Both the position numbers and the translations under genes were made by a program. Of a stretch of 64,000 nucleotides of DNA, positions 38,913 to 50,468 are shown piece after piece (within the stretch, counting starts at the first letter, position 1; each line of letters begins with the position of its first letter). The stretch is from Psychrobacter sp. (GTDB taxonomy: Bacteria; Pseudomonadota; Gammaproteobacteria; Pseudomonadales; Moraxellaceae). Under the pieces are notes generated by a model that was given only the letters and a program-made list of their open reading frames with translations, was not told the origin of the DNA and did not search any database. The stretch lies in assembly GCF_041554015.1 (NCBI RefSeq), contig NZ_JBFFMS010000002.1, positions 28,440 through 92,439 of the forward strand. The letters run 5' to 3'.

Positions 38913-40625
38913 TTATTCAGAGGTCACGCGCATCATTTCTTGGATACTGGTAACGCCTTGTAAAACCTTTAAGATGCCAGAACGACGTAAGTCTCTAAAA
39001 CCATTTTTTAGCGCTGTATCTTTGATATCTATCGCGTTACCATCTTCCATGATGATTCGTGAGATATCTGGAGTGACTTTCATCACCTCATAAATGCCGA
39101 CACGCCCTTTGTAGCCTTCACGGCAATCATTGCAACCGACTGGCTCGTAAATGATATTGTTTGTATCGTCTAAGTCAGCATCAGTAAAGCCAATCTCAAG
39201 CAGACTTTGACGCGGGATACTAATAGGCTTTTTACAGTTTTTGCATAAGCGCCGTGCCAATCGTTGGGCAATGACCAAATTCACAGAAGTGGCAATATTA
39301 AAGGAGGCGACCCCCATATTGCGTAATCGCGTCAACGTTTCGGGCGCTGAATTGGTATGTAAGGTTGAAAGCACCATATGCCCCGTTTGTGCAGCTTTAA
39401 TGGCAATTTCAGCGGTTTCAAGGTCACGAATCTCACCAACCATCACAATATCAGGATCTTGACGTAAAAACGACTTAAGAGCGGTGGAGAAATTCAAACC
39501 CACTTTTGGATTGACATTGACTTGATTGATGCCTTCAAGGTTAATCTCAACGGGATCTTCAGCGGTTGAAATGTTAGTACTACCCGTATTTAAAATATTG
39601 ATACCGGTGTAAAGCGAAACCGTTTTACCCGAACCAGTAGGACCGGTAATGAGCAACATGCCTTGCGGTTTATGTAGCGCTTCTAAAAACATCTCTTGTT
39701 GGTCAGGCTCATAGCCCAATGCCTCAATACCAAGCATAGCAGATGAAGGATCTAAGATACGCAAAACCAGCTTTTCGCCAAACAAGGTTGGCAGACAGCT
39801 TACCCGAAAATCAATGGCCTTATCTTTGGATATTTTAAGCTTAATACGTCCATCTTGAGGGACACGGCGCTCTGAGATATCCATTTGTGACATTACCTTT
39901 AGACGTGCGGCAATTTTCCCTGCCAGCTGCACGGGCGGATTGGCCATCTTTTGCATCACACCGTCGACTCGAAAGCGTACTCGATAGCTTTTTTCATAGG
40001 GCTCAAAATGTAAGTCGGATGCACCCATACGAATAGCATCAACCAGCATTTTATTGACAAATTTGACGACAGGGGCTTCTTCGACACCATCAGAGAGTTT
40101 GGTCTCACCGTCATCTTCTTCCTGATTCTCATCAAAGCCAATATTCAAATCACTATTAGAGAAGCTATCAAAATGCTGCATGCTATCGGCATAAAAGCTT
40201 TCGATACGCCTTTTAAGCTTGTCTTCTTCGACCACAACGGTTTCAATCGACAAGCGCGAGTTAAAGGCAATCGCATCGATTGCATCGATACGGGTCGGAT
40301 CACTGAGTGCCACAAACAAGCGTTGCCCACGCTTAAACATGGGCAAGGCATTAAACTTACGCACGATTTTTTCATCGACCAAGTCTTTTGGGATAACGTC
40401 TGAGCTTAGGGCATCAAGATCGAATAAAGGATCACCAAACGCTTGTGATAGCATTTGCGCCAATTGATAGGCATTGGCAAGCTTATGCTCTACCAGATAA
40501 GAGACCAGTCCTATTTGCTGCTGCTGCGAATCCGTCTGCGCCGCTTTCATATGCGCCTCACTGACGATACCTTCGCTAATCAGCTGCTGTGCTAATCCAC
40601 CGTATGCATTGGTTGTGATAGACAT
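38913..40625 (-). CDS. pilB: Type IV pilus assembly ATPase
   Basis: ASDLHFEP, GPTGSGKT, TAEDPVE, LRQDPD, TGHMVLSTLHTN, CKNC...CNDC, GYKGRVGIYE. Confidence 0.96.
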   Translation of the reverse strand: MSITTNAYGGLAQQLISEGIVSEAHMKAAQTDSQQQQIGLVSYLVEHKLANAYQLAQMLSQAFGDPLFDLDALSSDVIPKDLVDEKIVRKFNALPMFKRGQRLFVALSDPTRIDAIDAIAFNSRLSIETVVVEEDKLKRRIESFYADSMQHFDSFSNSDLNIGFDENQEEDDGETKLSDGVEEAPVVKFVNKMLVDAIRMGASDLHFEPYEKSYRVRFRVDGVMQKMANPPVQLAGKIAARLKVMSQMDISERRVPQDGRIKLKISKDKAIDFRVSCLPTLFGEKLVLRILDPSSAMLGIEALGYEPDQQEMFLEALHKPQGMLLITGPTGSGKTVSLYTGINILNTGSTNISTAEDPVEINLEGINQVNVNPKVGLNFSTALKSFLRQDPDIVMVGEIRDLETAEIAIKAAQTGHMVLSTLHTNSAPETLTRLRNMGVASFNIATSVNLVIAQRLARRLCKNCKKPISIPRQSLLEIGFTDADLDDTNNIIYEPVGCNDCREGYKGRVGIYEVMKVTPDISRIIMEDGNAIDIKDTALKNGFRDLRRSGILKVLQGVTSIQEMMRVTSE

Positions 40626-41023
40626 TAAGATTTCTCCTTGCTCGATATCTGGTAGGCGATATATTTACCTAAAATGTGGGCTTTTGATCATGCCCTTATT
40701 ATCACCATTTTATCGTTGGTAGTTAAGCGAATGGTTAAAATGGTCATTTTAAATACAGGTTTGCGTTGTAGAAAAATTGATTGTTTGCACTGTATCCTAT
40801 ATTGAAAGAATCATATAGAGATTTACGTGAGCGCAAAGGTTTTATAGAGAGTCAGGCTATAGAGGCTTATCAAAATAAATATTTGGCGATCGTTATTAAA
40901 GCAACGGATGAACAGTCGGCTTTGATTTGGAACGGACGATACTATAGCACTTGTGAAATATTTGTTATACTTGCGCGCATATTAGCCATATTGGCAGCCA
41001 TATATAAGATAAGGTAGAGAAGA

Positions 41024-41824
41024 ATGCAAGCTTGGGTAATTGGAAATTGGAAGCAGAATCCAGCAACGAGCCATGAGGTTGATGTCCTACTTGATGATTT
41101 ATGCGCTGCTATGAATACAGCCAAGCAGATTAGCCACGATAATTTCGCGCATTGTCAAATAATGGTAGCACCAAGCTTGATACATTTGGCAGCCGTGCAA
41201 GCTCGCCTAAAAGATACGCCAATCCTGTGTGCCGCTCAAGATATTAGCGCCCATAGTGCCAGTACAGGTGCCTATACAGGCGAATGTTCAGCGCAGCAGA
41301 TTGCTGATGTTGGCGCAACTTGGACCATTCTTGGTCACTCAGAGCGCCGTCAGTATCATCAAGAATCTAACGATATCTTATTGCAAAAAATGACGCATGC
41401 ATTGTCGCAAAAGTTAGGCGTGGTATTTTGCATCGGTGAAACCCAAGCACAATATGATGCCAAGCAAACACTGACAGTCCTCGATAACCAGTTAACGGTG
41501 GTCAAAGCCCTTATCGACCAGCAACCAGAACTGCTTGATACGCTATCGACTCGTCTTATTATTGCTTATGAGCCCGTATGGGCAATCGGCACGGGTAAGG
41601 TGCCAACTGTGTCAGAAGTCAGCGCCACTCATAAGCATATCAAACAAACGCTAGCAGAATTTGCCGATTCGCAAGCTAACATGACAGTTCTATATGGTGG
41701 TAGTGTTAACGCCGATAATGCCGATAGCTTTGCTGCTGATCCTATGATTGATGGTGCTTTGGTTGGCGGTGCTTCATTAAAGGCCGAGAGCTTTCTAACG
41801 ATTGCCAGCGCTTTTGATAAATGA
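41024..41824 (+). CDS. tpiA: Triosephosphate isomerase
   Basis: [33 protein letters not shown]. Confidence 0.97.
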   Translation: MQAWVIGNWKQNPATSHEVDVLLDDLCAAMNTAKQISHDNFAHCQIMVAPSLIHLAAVQARLKDTPILCAAQDISAHSASTGAYTGECSAQQIADVGATWTILGHSERRQYHQESNDILLQKMTHALSQKLGVVFCIGETQAQYDAKQTLTVLDNQLTVVKALIDQQPELLDTLSTRLIIAYEPVWAIGTGKVPTVSEVSATHKHIKQTLAEFADSQANMTVLYGGSVNADNADSFAADPMIDGALVGGASLKAESFLTIASAFDK

Positions 41825-42061
41825 AGCAACTAATAGGCTCGTGGCAGATAAAATAAAGACGTGAGTCTATATTGTGATTGTCCTGCAAAAAATGTCTTTA
41901 TCAGTTGGTAAAAGTGGGTTTAACAGTGCCCTTGCAATCATGTACAATACGCCCTATTTATATCATCAGTTTGGCGTCATTTGCCATTCAGTTTTATCAC
42001 TATTAAACCACACGATTTATTTTTCGTTATCAGTCGTCATTACACGGCAAAAGAGGCCACC

Positions 42062-42370
42062 ATGTTTACGTTTATATTAGCCCTGCATATTATTGTGGCG
42101 ATTGCCATGATTGGCTTGATTTTGATACAGCATGGTAAAGGGGCAGATGCAGGGGCTTCTTTTGGTGCTGGCTCATCGGGTACAGTATTTGGTGCCGCGG
42201 GCACGGCCAACTTCTTAACGCGCGCGACAGCGGTATTGACCGCAATCTTTTTTATCACCAGTATGACCCTTGCAGTCCATGCGCGTAAGCAGGCAGAAGA
42301 TCAGTTCCGTCTAGATGCACCAGTGTCAGCACCACAAGCACCGCGTCCGTTGACACAAAATCCTCAGTAG
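42062..42370 (+). CDS. secG: Preprotein translocase SecG
   Basis: ILIQHGKGADAGASFGAGSSGTVFG..G..NFLTR; SD GAGG before ATG 42062. Confidence 0.96.
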   Translation: MFTFILALHIIVAIAMIGLILIQHGKGADAGASFGAGSSGTVFGAAGTANFLTRATAVLTAIFFITSMTLAVHARKQAEDQFRLDAPVSAPQAPRPLTQNPQ

Positions 42371-42529
42371 TTGCTGTTACGCTGTTTTTTTAGGTAGGCA
42401 GCCCTTGCTATTTGAAAGCGTTACATTTACAATGCTTTCTCTGTTTTTACAAGTCTTAGACCTTTGATGCTTACCTTACGCATCTATTATAATGGGTTTT
42501 AAGACTATAGATAGAACAGTTAGCATAAT

Positions 42530-42614
42530 GCGATTGTGGTGGAATTGGTAGACACGCCATCTTGAGGGGGTGGTGGCGCAAGCTGTGGGGGTTCAAGTCC
42601 CCCCAATCGCACCA
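42530..42614 (+). tRNA. tRNA-Leu(GAG)
   Basis: 85 nt GCGATTG...CAATCGC-ACCA; anticodon arm CCATC-TTGAGGG-GGTGG, long variable arm, GTTCAAGTC T-loop. Confidence 0.95.
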
Positions 42615-42692
42615 AGTTTTAAAGCTGTACCGTATTAAGTGCGTCGTTCATAAGTAGTTAAGGTTTTAATTTAAATTTATTTTAAATAAAGA

Positions 42693-42721
42693 TTGACACT
42701 ACTATAAAACCTCCCTATAAT
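42693..42721 (+). promoter_or_regulatory. Consensus sigma70 promoter of tRNA-fMet/rimP-nusA-infB
   Basis: TTGACA-N17-TATAAT, AT-rich upstream tract, GC-rich discriminator ACGCG. Confidence 0.85.
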
Positions 42722-42737
42722 ACGCGTTCTAGATTGA

Positions 42738-42814
<77 letters not shown>

Positions 42815-42860
42815 CTTTTTATACTGATGTTTTGCACGACTAAATTTGTCAGTAACGATT

Positions 42861-42889
42861 AGCCCACCATTATGCTTGTGGGTTTTTTT
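42861..42889 (+). terminator. Terminator after tRNA-fMet
   Basis: AGCCCAC...GTGGGTT followed by T-run. Confidence 0.65.
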
Positions 42890-43273
42890 GTATCTGGCGG
42901 TCGCTGTAATCGCGATATCTATCCTACTTATGCTAAGCTCTATGTCTATAGAGTGCGGTACCATTTATAGAAGCTTGTCATCACCTGTCATGCAGGGTGC
43001 GATGATACTTAAGCAAACTATCTTTTATTCCTCACTCTTTTATCGATAGTACTGCTTTATAAGTAATAAAAGCATGGTTCGGCTGAGCTTGATATTTGTA
43101 AAGCTTACCCTGATATAAATACCCAGTAGATATCATTTGTGTTTATACTTTAGGCATAAGACCATCACTGCGGCTTAAATGACGATAGGTTCTTATTAAA
43201 TCATCATGAAGAAAAACTTCAGTAGGATTTATTAAGTAAGATAGATAAGTAAATAGGAAAAGATAAACAGATT

Positions 43274-43774
43274 ATGAAGCTTTCTACTAAAGTTACAGAA
43301 TTGACCAATATTATCGCTCCTGCTGTCGCAGCTTGCGATGTGGCACTATGGGGTATAGAGTTTACCCCGCAGGGCAATCGCTCTTTGTTGCGCATCTATA
43401 TTGAGGCATTACCAGAAGATCAAGCCCAAGATAAGCAAGTAACGATTGAGAACTGCGCTGCAGTAAATCATCAAGTGAGCGGTATTCTTGAGGTTCATGA
43501 TCCGATCGCTGGTGAATTTATTTTAGAAGTATCGTCACCTGGTTTTGACCGTGCGTTCTTTTCAGATGAGCAAATGCATGGCTATGTTGGTCAAACCGTC
43601 AGTTTGCGCTTGATACAGGCGATCGGTGACGGTGACAAAAAACGCCGTAAAGCGACGGGTAGGTTAGATAGTATCGACGCCACCTCTTTAAGGCTGACCG
43701 CCACTGATGGTGAGCAGTTTGAGATAGCATTAAGCAATATCGATAAAGCCAACCTAATTTATGAAGATGCTTAA
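43274..43774 (+). CDS. rimP: Ribosome maturation factor RimP
   Basis: LLRIYIE, VTIENC..V..QVSGILEVHDPI, LEVSSPGFDR, IDKANL. Confidence 0.95.
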   Translation: MKLSTKVTELTNIIAPAVAACDVALWGIEFTPQGNRSLLRIYIEALPEDQAQDKQVTIENCAAVNHQVSGILEVHDPIAGEFILEVSSPGFDRAFFSDEQMHGYVGQTVSLRLIQAIGDGDKKRRKATGRLDSIDATSLRLTATDGEQFEIALSNIDKANLIYEDA

Positions 43775-43916
43775 TCTTTTGGTTATTAGACTGAGTTGTG
43801 TATAAGCATAGTTGGTCTAATGGCTGTTAATTAAGTTGATGGCTGATGGTGAAAATATAGAGTAAGTTAAAAATTATAAAATTTAAGTCAATTAAAAATG
43901 ATAGGACAGGTATAGC

Positions 43917-45401
43917 ATGAGTCGTGAAATCTTAACGGTAGTAGAAACTGTCAGTAACGAGAAGGGCTTAAATCCTGAAGATATCTTTGAAGCAATCGAA
44001 GATGCTTTGGTCGTCTCAACTAAGAAAAAAGTATATACCGATCAGCCGGAAGTAGAAGTGCGGGTGTCAATTGACCGTGCAACCGGCGATTATGATACTT
44101 ATCGTTACTGGACAGTGGTTGCAGATGAAGACCATGAAATGCCTGCGTGTCAGCTTGCGATTACTGACCTTGACCAAGACGAATGGTCAATCGGTGATAT
44201 TAAAGAAGAGCAGATCGAGTCGATTGAGTTTGGCCGTATTGCCGCAACGCAAGCCAAACAAGTTATCATCCAAAAGATTCGTGAAGCGGAGCGCAATCTA
44301 GTAGCAGATGCGTTTGAGCCACGTGTTGGCGAGATGATGTATGGCGAAGTCAAAAAACAAACCCGTGATGGTTATATCATTGATTTGGGTGACAACGCTG
44401 AAGGCTATCTGTCACGTGATCAGATGTTGCCACGTGAGCAGCTGCGTGCAAAGTCGCGTATCAATGCTATTTTATATCATGTAAATCGTGAAAATCGCGG
44501 TGCACAGTTATTGTTGTCACGTACTCATCCTGAGATGCTCTCAGCATTGATGCAAAAAGAAGTACCTGAGATTGCAGAACAAATTATCGAAATTCGTAAC
44601 GTCGCTCGCTTACCGGGTACACGTGCTAAAATAGCGGTTAAGACCAACGATCATCGTATCGATCCGGTTGGCGCTTGTATCGGTATGCGTGGTACACGTA
44701 TCCAAGCAGTACAGCAAGAGCTTGATGGCGAGCGTATTGATGTGGTGGTTTGGTCTGATGATCCTGCCCAGTTTATCATCAGCGCTTTAGAGCCAGCTGA
44801 CGTAAGCAGTATCATTTTAGATGAAGATACGCAAACGGCTGATATTATCTTTAGCACCAATGATCAGTTGGCGCGTGCGATTGGCTCACAAGGTCAAAAC
44901 GTGCGTTTGGCTTCTGAGCTGACCGGCTATAAGCTAAATATGATGCTAGAAGAAGAGTATCAGCAGCGTCAAGCAAACGAATCTAAAGCATTCATCGAAT
45001 TATTTTATGAGCGCTTAGAAGTCGATAAAGACTTAGCACAAGCGCTTGTTGATATCGGTTTTACCAGTATTGAAGAAGTGGCTTATGTGCCAGTTGAGAC
45101 TTTCTATGATATCGAAGGTTTAGACGACGAAGCGATTGATATGATTCAAGAGCGTGCCAAAGAAGTTGTCATCGCAGATGAGCTGGTCAAACAACAGAAC
45201 ATGAAAGAGCCAAGTCAAGAATTACAAGATCTTGAAGGAATGACGGTCAGTTGGGCTTATAAAATGGCACAAAAGGACATCATTACGGTTGATGACTTGG
45301 CAGAACAAGCCGTCTTTGATTTAGAAGATATCGAAGACTTAGATGCCGAAACCGCAGGAAAACTCATCATGAAAGCTCGGGAATCTTGGTTCAATGAATA
45401 A
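43917..45401 (+). CDS. nusA: Transcription termination/antitermination factor NusA
   Basis: FGRIAATQAKQVI, S1 and KH domains, IGSQGQNVRLASELTG, two acidic repeats. Confidence 0.98.
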   Translation: MSREILTVVETVSNEKGLNPEDIFEAIEDALVVSTKKKVYTDQPEVEVRVSIDRATGDYDTYRYWTVVADEDHEMPACQLAITDLDQDEWSIGDIKEEQIESIEFGRIAATQAKQVIIQKIREAERNLVADAFEPRVGEMMYGEVKKQTRDGYIIDLGDNAEGYLSRDQMLPREQLRAKSRINAILYHVNRENRGAQLLLSRTHPEMLSALMQKEVPEIAEQIIEIRNVARLPGTRAKIAVKTNDHRIDPVGACIGMRGTRIQAVQQELDGERIDVVVWSDDPAQFIISALEPADVSSIILDEDTQTADIIFSTNDQLARAIGSQGQNVRLASELTGYKLNMMLEEEYQQRQANESKAFIELFYERLEVDKDLAQALVDIGFTSIEEVAYVPVETFYDIEGLDDEAIDMIQERAKEVVIADELVKQQNMKEPSQELQDLEGMTVSWAYKMAQKDIITVDDLAEQAVFDLEDIEDLDAETAGKLIMKARESWFNE

Positions 45402-45550
45402 GCGGTAACTGCATATCGCTGTCTTTTGGTGATATGCTATCGATAATAAAGTGCTGATATAAGCAGCATCTATATCAGCCTTACCCCAATCATTTGTAGC
45501 CAACAACTGAATTGAACATATAGCAAATAATAGACAGTAGGTGATAATAA

Positions 45551-48277
45551 ATGGCAGATAAGACCGTCAAAGAACTGGCAGATATGGTAAGCAAAACCCC
45601 AAGTGCTGTACAACAGCAACTGGTAGATGCTGGACTACCTGCGCGCGCAGAGGGTGACCTAGTCACCGAGCTTGAGCAGGAAAAGTTGGTGACGTATTTA
45701 AAACAAAGTCATGGTCAAGAAGAAAAGCGTCGTATTAGTCTGAAGTCTAAGACAACTAGCACCGCGCGTGTGACCGGATCTTCTGGCAAATCTAAAAGCG
45801 TGAATGTTGAAGTGCGCAAAAAGAAAGTATTTGAGAAGCCTGATCCACAAAAGATGGCTGAAGAATTGGCTGCTCGTGAGCAGGCGATGATTGAATCGCA
45901 AGCGCGTGCTGCCAAAGATGCCGAAGAACGTGCTGCTACCAAGAAAAAATCTGAAGAGCGTCAAGCGGCTACCTTAGCTGCGATGCGTGCAAGCCTTGGC
46001 TCTAGTAAAAAGTCAGACGACAAGAATGACGATATTTCAACCTCAGTGGTTGTGAAAAAAGGCGGCAAAACGACGACTGAAGTCAAGCCAAAAGAGCAGC
46101 CTAAAAAGAAAGTAACAGCGACAAAACCAAAAGTTGAGACGGCAGTTGAGCGTAAAGCTCGCGAAGCGCGTGAAAAAGAAGAAGCGCGTCTACGTGAGAT
46201 CGAAACTGAAACACGCCGTACCCAAGCTGAAGAAGCGCAAAAGCGCACGCTTGAGCAAATGCGTAAAATGGCCGGTCAATATACGGATCAGCCAGTGACT
46301 GAAGTTCGTAAGGATGAGCCACTCGCAGAAGGTCTAGTCGGTGACGCATTGGAAGAGTCGTTTGAAAAAGAACGTCGTGAGATCAAGCGCGGTACCAGTA
46401 CCACTAGTGCCCGTGGCCGTGGTCGTCGTAAAAACCAAGACGAGCGTGAAATTAAGAGCCGCAAAAATGGCTTACGTTCAAGCCAGTCTTCACAGCATAA
46501 ATTTGAAAAGCCTGTTGAAAAAATTGTTTATGATGTAGAAATCAGTGAGCAAATCACGGTTTCTGATCTTGCCCAGCGCATGGCAGTGAAAGCTCGTGAA
46601 GTGACTAAGTTACTGATGAAAATGGGCGAAATTGCTCGCGAATCAGACAGTATTGATCAAGCGACAGCCAGTCTTATCGTTGAAGAGATGGGTCATAATC
46701 CAGTACCTGTCAGTGATACTAAAGTTGAAGATGATCTACAAGATGCGGTTGATGAGCGCAGCAGTAACGTACAAACGCGTCCGCCCGTAGTGACTATTAT
46801 GGGTCACGTTGACCATGGTAAGACATCACTGTTAGATAAAATCCGTGAGACTAAAGTGGCCACTGGCGAAGCCGGCGGTATCACTCAGCATATCGGTGCT
46901 TATCATGTGAAAACAGCACGTGGTGTGATTACCTTCCTTGATACTCCAGGTCACGCAGCGTTTAGCGCCATGCGTTCACGTGGTGCTCAAGCGACGGATA
47001 TCGTGGTACTGGTTGTCGCAGCTGACGATGGTATGATGCCGCAAACTGAAGAAGCGATTGATCATGCTCGTGCTGCTGGTACGCCATTGATTGTTGCTAT
47101 CAACAAAATGGATAAGCCAAGTGCTGATCCTGATCGTGTTCTTAACGAGTTGACGGCAAAAGAGGTAGTATCAGAAGATTGGGGCGGTGATACTCCGATG
47201 GCTCGTATCTCAGCCAAAACTGGCGATGGTATCGATGAGCTGCTAGAGCTGATTAGCTTACAAGCTGAGCTAATGGAGCTAGAAGCGCCGTTAGATGGTG
47301 CTGCTCAAGGTGTGGTCATTGAGTCAAGACTTGAAAAGGGTCGTGGTCCTGTTGTGAGTGTCCTTGTTAAAAAAGGTACATTGAAACAAGGCGACTTAGT
47401 ATTAGCGGGTGAGCATTATGGTAAAGTTCGTGCGATGACCGATGAGCATGGTCAGCGTATCAAGTCAGCTGGACCGTCTATCCCTGTAGAGATCCTAGGT
47501 TTACCTGAAACGCCAGCGGCTGGTAGCGAGTTCTTAGTCTTAACAGATGAGAAAAAAGCTCGTGAAGTTGCAGACTTCAGAAGCAATCGTGAGCGCGAGC
47601 GTCAGCTTGAGCGTCAAAACTCGATGCGCCTAGAAAGTATGTTCGATCAGATGGAACAGGGTAATGTATCGTTCTTAAACATCGTTCTAAAAACGGACGT
47701 ACGTGGTTCACTTGAAGCCTTACTTGCTGCCTTGAATGAGTTATCGACTGATGAAGTTAAAGTTCGTGTCATCAGCTCAGGCGTTGGTCCTATCTCTGAA
47801 TCAGATGTCACGCTTGCAGAATCTAGTGAAGCGGTATTGTTAGGTTTCAACGTCCGTGCAGATGCTACCGCACGCCGTAAAGCAGATACAGCCAATATGG
47901 ATATTCGCTATTATAGTGTTATCTATGGTTTGATTGATGATGTAAAAGCGGCCATGAGCGGTATGCTTGCGCCTGAACATCGTGAGAAAATCTTGGGTGT
48001 TGCAGATGTCCGTGAAGTATTCCGCTCTAGTAAGTTTGGTGCAGCTGCCGGTTGTATGGTGGTTGAAGGTACCATTTATCGCAACAAGCCTATCCGTGTA
48101 TTGCGTAATGACCAAGTTATCTTTACGGGTCAATTACAGTCATTACGTCGCTATAAAGAGGACGTTAATGAAGTACGTACCGGTATGGAATGTGGTCTAG
48201 CGGTTCGCGGCTATGATGTAGAAGCTGGTGATAAAATTGAAGTCTTTGAAATTCAAGAGTTCGCACGTACTATCTAG
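45551..48277 (+). CDS. infB: Translation initiation factor IF-2
   Basis: [35 protein letters not shown]. Confidence 0.98.
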   Translation: MADKTVKELADMVSKTPSAVQQQLVDAGLPARAEGDLVTELEQEKLVTYLKQSHGQEEKRRISLKSKTTSTARVTGSSGKSKSVNVEVRKKKVFEKPDPQKMAEELAAREQAMIESQARAAKDAEERAATKKKSEERQAATLAAMRASLGSSKKSDDKNDDISTSVVVKKGGKTTTEVKPKEQPKKKVTATKPKVETAVERKAREAREKEEARLREIETETRRTQAEEAQKRTLEQMRKMAGQYTDQPVTEVRKDEPLAEGLVGDALEESFEKERREIKRGTSTTSARGRGRRKNQDEREIKSRKNGLRSSQSSQHKFEKPVEKIVYDVEISEQITVSDLAQRMAVKAREVTKLLMKMGEIARESDSIDQATASLIVEEMGHNPVPVSDTKVEDDLQDAVDERSSNVQTRPPVVTIMGHVDHGKTSLLDKIRETKVATGEAGGITQHIGAYHVKTARGVITFLDTPGHAAFSAMRSRGAQATDIVVLVVAADDGMMPQTEEAIDHARAAGTPLIVAINKMDKPSADPDRVLNELTAKEVVSEDWGGDTPMARISAKTGDGIDELLELISLQAELMELEAPLDGAAQGVVIESRLEKGRGPVVSVLVKKGTLKQGDLVLAGEHYGKVRAMTDEHGQRIKSAGPSIPVEILGLPETPAAGSEFLVLTDEKKAREVADFRSNRERERQLERQNSMRLESMFDQMEQGNVSFLNIVLKTDVRGSLEALLAALNELSTDEVKVRVISSGVGPISESDVTLAESSEAVLLGFNVRADATARRKADTANMDIRYYSVIYGLIDDVKAAMSGMLAPEHREKILGVADVREVFRSSKFGAAAGCMVVEGTIYRNKPIRVLRNDQVIFTGQLQSLRRYKEDVNEVRTGMECGLAVRGYDVEAGDKIEVFEIQEFARTI

Positions 48278-48392
48278 AGTTACTGCTAGCATTAGAATGA
48301 AGCTAGCTAATCCTATTATCCGCTCTATCAATTTAGCATCGATACGGCATGGCAAGATAGGTTAGCTAACTTATAAATATTCAGCTGTACTT

Positions 48393-48426
48393 AGGCCTAA
48401 CAGGTACATCCTGCTAGGCCTTTTTT
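48393..48426 (+). terminator. Terminator-like hairpin between infB and rbfA
   Basis: AGGCCTA-a-CAGG tacat CCTG-c-TAGGCCT followed by T-run. Confidence 0.6.
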
Positions 48427-48523
48427 AACAATTCTAGTCTATAAGAATATCAGTCGTTAAACTTATTGATAAATGACGGTATCGATTTATAAAAATAAAC
48501 CAGATTAACAACAAGGTAATAAC

Positions 48524-48928
48524 ATGAACCAACGTTTACAACGTTTAGCTGATCAAATTCAGCGTGAGCTTGCTGTCCTTATCCGCGATGCGGTCAATGA
48601 TCCACGTCTGACGGGCTTTGTTACGGTATCTAGCGTCAAAGTCAGCCCAGATTTGGGTTACGCTGATGTGTATGTGACCATTATGGAGCCTGAGCTCAAT
48701 GATGCTATGACCCTATCCAATCACGAGGAAAGTATCAAGGTGCTTAATAAAGCAGCAGGCTTCTTACGTACTGAGCTTAGCCATAGCTTGAAAACTCGCA
48801 CCACACCGCGTCTGCGCTTTCACTATGATGAAGTGACTGCTCGTGGTAATTACATGATGGATTTAATCAGTAAAGCAGTTGTCAAAACTGAAGAAAATGC
48901 GTCTGATGAGCAAGAAAACGAAGAGTAG
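48524..48928 (+). CDS. rbfA: 30S ribosome-binding factor A
   Basis: RLQRLADQIQRELA, VSPDLGYADVY, AAGFLR, TPRLRFHYD. Confidence 0.96.
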   Translation: MNQRLQRLADQIQRELAVLIRDAVNDPRLTGFVTVSSVKVSPDLGYADVYVTIMEPELNDAMTLSNHEESIKVLNKAAGFLRTELSHSLKTRTTPRLRFHYDEVTARGNYMMDLISKAVVKTEENASDEQENEE

Positions 48929-48946
48929 AAGGGTAAAATAGCCATT

Positions 48947-50038
48947 ATGTCGATAGTCTCTAGAGAAGCATCTACGCAAACGGATAAAAAGCCTAATCAT
49001 CGCCCTAACAAGATTAAAGTCTCAGGGGTTATTTTAGTTGATAAACCTCAAGGTATGACTTCTCAGCAAGTGGTCTCAAAGGTGAAATATTTATTTAAAT
49101 CGCCTAACCATGACAGCAAAAAAGCTGGGCATACTGGCACACTCGATCCCATGGCAACCGGGCTATTGCCTATTTGTTTGGGTGAAGCGACCAAGTTTAG
49201 TCACTATCAACTTGATGCGGATAAATCCTATCAAGCGACTATTCTACTGGGTAGTCAAACTGATACTGGTGATGCTGATGGACAAGTTACTGCTGAGGCG
49301 CCGATTCCATTATTTGATGAGGTACTATTAGACAAAGTTGCGCAGCAGTTTTTAGGGGCGCAGCAGCAGATACCACCGATGTATTCTGCCTTAAAAAAAG
49401 ATGGCAAAAAACTCTATGAATATGCTCGTGCTGGTATAGAAGTAGAGCGTCCGCCAAGAGACATTGTGCTAAAAGCCATCGATTTACAAGCCATTGATGA
49501 GCAGCAAATTCAGTTAACAGTTACTTGCTCAAAAGGTACCTATGTACGCGTATTGGCAGAAGATATTGCCAAAACCATTGGTACCCTTGGACATTTAACC
49601 GCTCTGCGCCGGCTACAAGTGGGTGATTTTAAAATCGATGAGGCAATTGCGCTTGCCGATTTAGAAGCTTTGCCACTAGAACAACGTCAGATCTATTTAT
49701 TGCCAGTAGATGCGTGTGTTGATATCGGTATCGAGCTGATACTATCATCAGAGCAGTGCGAGCGCGTACAAATGGGTCAGCGCTTAAACGTTATTGAGCA
49801 GTTAACTGATAAGATAAAGAGTTATATAAGCGCAGTTATCAAACAGACTTTAGCTACTGATGGAAAAAATACTGTTTCTGATCAAGAGGTTGAAAGCGCT
49901 AGTGATGATACTGAGCAGGTATTGGTCCATGAGATACCGGTTGATATTCGTCTTATTGATGAACAAGGCACGTTTATAGGTTTAGGGTCAGTGAGTCTAA
50001 ATGGGCGATTACAACCTAAAAAGTTGATCCAGTTGTAG
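48947..50038 (+). CDS. truB: tRNA pseudouridine(55) synthase
   Basis: LVDKPQGMTS, KAGHTGTLDPMATG, PPMYSALK, CSKGTYVR, LRR. Confidence 0.96.
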   Translation: MSIVSREASTQTDKKPNHRPNKIKVSGVILVDKPQGMTSQQVVSKVKYLFKSPNHDSKKAGHTGTLDPMATGLLPICLGEATKFSHYQLDADKSYQATILLGSQTDTGDADGQVTAEAPIPLFDEVLLDKVAQQFLGAQQQIPPMYSALKKDGKKLYEYARAGIEVERPPRDIVLKAIDLQAIDEQQIQLTVTCSKGTYVRVLAEDIAKTIGTLGHLTALRRLQVGDFKIDEAIALADLEALPLEQRQIYLLPVDACVDIGIELILSSEQCERVQMGQRLNVIEQLTDKIKSYISAVIKQTLATDGKNTVSDQEVESASDDTEQVLVHEIPVDIRLIDEQGTFIGLGSVSLNGRLQPKKLIQL

Positions 50039-50118
50039 TGTTAACAGATGGGTTTATCACTCAAAAGCTGTAAAACTTACTAAGAGTTCACACAAATCAC
50101 ATATCGTCACATTTTATT

Positions 50119-50152
50119 GCAGGTTTCATCTATAGTGAAACCTGCTTTTTTT
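50119..50152 (+). terminator. Intrinsic terminator after truB
   Basis: GCAGGTTTCA tctatag TGAAACCTGC followed by T7. Confidence 0.85.
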
Positions 50153-50468
50153 GTATCTTGATTAGGTCAGCTAGGGAAAGCATGACAGGGATAAAAAGCA
50201 TTATCATAATAAGACATAATAAAAAAGGCATAATAAGAAGGTATATTATAAAAATTACCCTATAGAAGAATAATAAATATAATAATACAAAATGGATTTA
50301 CGATAACTTTCGTTTAAAAAGAATGGAAAATAATAAGAATAATAAGTTTTGGGAAAGAGAAACTAATAAAAATAACAAGACTTCAATTAATATAAAACCA
50401 ACTTAATTATTACGATTATAAAAACGTTATCTAATTAGATCCACAATCTATAAATGATAGGAAGTACT

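Noticed and set aside
40781-41017. 78-aa ORF upstream of tpiA
   Set aside because: TTG start, no SD, lies in the divergent pilB/tpiA promoter region, no recognisable features.
45870-45995. Internal IF2-beta start sites in infB
   Set aside because: In-frame ATGs exist but lack a properly spaced SD.
50123-50141. GTTTCA...TGAAAC resembling parS in the truB terminator
   Set aside because: Half-sites are 7 bp apart rather than 2; explained as a terminator stem.
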